NCBI GenBank assembly: GCA_964534625.1
Contig: CAZHRF010000001.1
Coordinates: 72,897 to 136,896, forward strand
Direction of reading: 5' to 3'
Source: an uncultured archaeon
Lineage (GTDB): Archaea > Asgardarchaeota > Heimdallarchaeia > Heimdallarchaeales > Heimdallarchaeaceae
Length of the DNA stretch: 64,000 nt
The notes beneath the pieces were generated by a model. That model had not been told where the DNA came from, made no database searches, and saw nothing but the letters and a program-made list of their open reading frames with translations. Made by a program: the position numbers and the translations under genes. This document shows, in pieces, positions 62,932 through 64,000 of the stretch (the first letter of the stretch is position 1; each line of letters opens with the position of its first letter).

Positions 62932-63771
62932 CTACATTACAGTTTTTTCAAGAAAAATGTCTATGCAACTATGTATTAACCGAGGTGAATATTTTTTTAC
63001 TTTTCGTGTCTCTATCTCTTTTATTTTCCCATTAATATCAGTAATCCATTTTCTAATATTATTAATTGCTTTTTCTGTATCTCCCCTAGGAATAAGTACA
63101 TGAACGTGGATATGTCCTTTTCCTTTTAACGCAAAAACTGCTTTCTGGAATTGATTTTTCGATATTTTGAAGAAACCCATTATGACTCTATTCGCAAACA
63201 ATTGTGGGGTTTTGACATTGTTATCTCCCAAAATAGGTATATATCTTTTATTTACATTATTTAAATGAATATTTTCTTTTAAAATGTTATATGCATAAGG
63301 ATTTTTTTCTATCCCATAACATTTTACGGTTGGCTTATTAACTACTATCGGTAAAGATAAATTCCCAATACAAGCAAACATATCGCAGATAACTTCATTA
63401 GAGGCGACAATATTTATCATTCTCTCTCTTTCGCCTGTGTTACCTGGAGAAAAAGTTAATCTGTTTAAATCAATTTTAAATATTGTAGAAAATTCTTTAT
63501 GAATGGTTGTAGTTCTTTTTTCACCCGCAATATGGATAATTTTTGGGGTTCTATACTGAGTTAAAGTGTCTTTTTGTTCTATTACCACATTAACTTTGGG
63601 ATCTAATTCGATAACTGCTTGTCCAATCAATTGTTTATATTTAATATCCATTTTTATAAATCTAATAATTGCAATATCTCCAGTTACTGCGTATCCAGCT
63701 GGAATTGAATCTAATATGTGTTTGGGAACAGTATCTATTAATCTATGCTGAATTTGTTTCTTAATTTTCAC
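62932..63771 (-). CDS. Trm5/TYW2-family class I SAM-dependent tRNA methyltransferase
   Basis: 279 aa. DMFACIGNLSLPIV matches the Trm5/Taw2 motif DMFAGIGPFS. It ends in a downstream NPY-like segment. Confidence 0.7.
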   Translation of the reverse strand: MKIKKQIQHRLIDTVPKHILDSIPAGYAVTGDIAIIRFIKMDIKYKQLIGQAVIELDPKVNVVIEQKDTLTQYRTPKIIHIAGEKRTTTIHKEFSTIFKIDLNRLTFSPGNTGERERMINIVASNEVICDMFACIGNLSLPIVVNKPTVKCYGIEKNPYAYNILKENIHLNNVNKRYIPILGDNNVKTPQLFANRVIMGFFKISKNQFQKAVFALKGKGHIHVHVLIPRGDTEKAINNIRKWITDINGKIKEIETRKVKKYSPRLIHSCIDIFLEKTVM

Positions 63772-64000
63772 AGTAATTCGTTTTGAATCTTATATGTATA
63801 TTCTTTAATATATCTTTTAATGATTACACATAATGAGAGATTGTGTTGTAGCTACATTAGGCGATTGTTATACTTTAGTAACAGGAAATGAAGCAAATAA
63901 TATTTATAGTCAAGGTTGGTACGGAGAATTGACAATTAATGGTAATTTAAAACTAGATCCTTTCGAAACTGTGATATTAGCTGAACGTAATAGACTTGAG

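Overview
This is a contiguous, AT-rich (roughly one-third G+C by eye) chromosomal segment from an archaeon, gene-dense on both strands. I found no CRISPR array, transposase, integrase or obvious integrated element.

Hallmark archaeal information-processing genes are present: RNA polymerase A' and A'' (minus strand, 2034-5941) and an unsplit subunit B (plus strand, 19149-22547). Also present are the archaeal NusA KH protein, ribosomal proteins L30e, S7, L10e and S27e, and the transcription factors TFS, TFE-alpha and MBF1. The window also carries NAC-alpha, PAN, PCNA with a possible Gins51, Nob1, Trm56, a Trm5/TYW2-family methyltransferase, a NOL1/NOP2/Sun methyltransferase and a Nip7-like PUA protein.

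Metabolic content includes pyruvate phosphate dikinase, SurE, FolD, mevalonate kinase, a UbiD-family decarboxylase, an MtaD-like amidohydrolase and family-4 UDG. A UDP-sugar / amino-sugar cluster holds two phosphohexomutases, GlmS, a GlmU-like bifunctional enzyme, an NAD-epimerase and a SIS PGI/PMI. There are also two class-V cysteine desulfurase-like genes and a TrmB-family regulator.

I found eight tRNA genes (Ala, Met, two Leu, Ser, Val, Pro, and one atypical). Seven encode the 3' CCA. Met and Leu(CAA) carry canonical-position introns, and the tRNA upstream of rpoA' has a 5' half I could not fold canonically.

Most worth a second look:
1. The canonical rpoH-rpoB-rpoA'-rpoA''-L30e-nusA-S12-S7 arrangement is scattered across three loci here.
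2. A divergently placed two-gene module pairs a Panacea/DUF4065 (PanA-like antitoxin) domain protein with a LAGLIDADG-like double-motif protein. A GC-rich hairpin separates them. This is a candidate undescribed toxin-antitoxin or defence pair.
3. A strikingly Rab-like small GTPase is present.
4. A perfect tandem 55-bp duplication follows a phosphohexomutase gene.
5. An RNase E/G (FAU-1)-like gene is translationally coupled to a Cys-rich unknown.
6. A UbiD-family decarboxylase near mevalonate kinase suggests the archaeal anhydromevalonate-phosphate route.

All protein calls rest on motif recognition by eye from the supplied translations. No database search was run.
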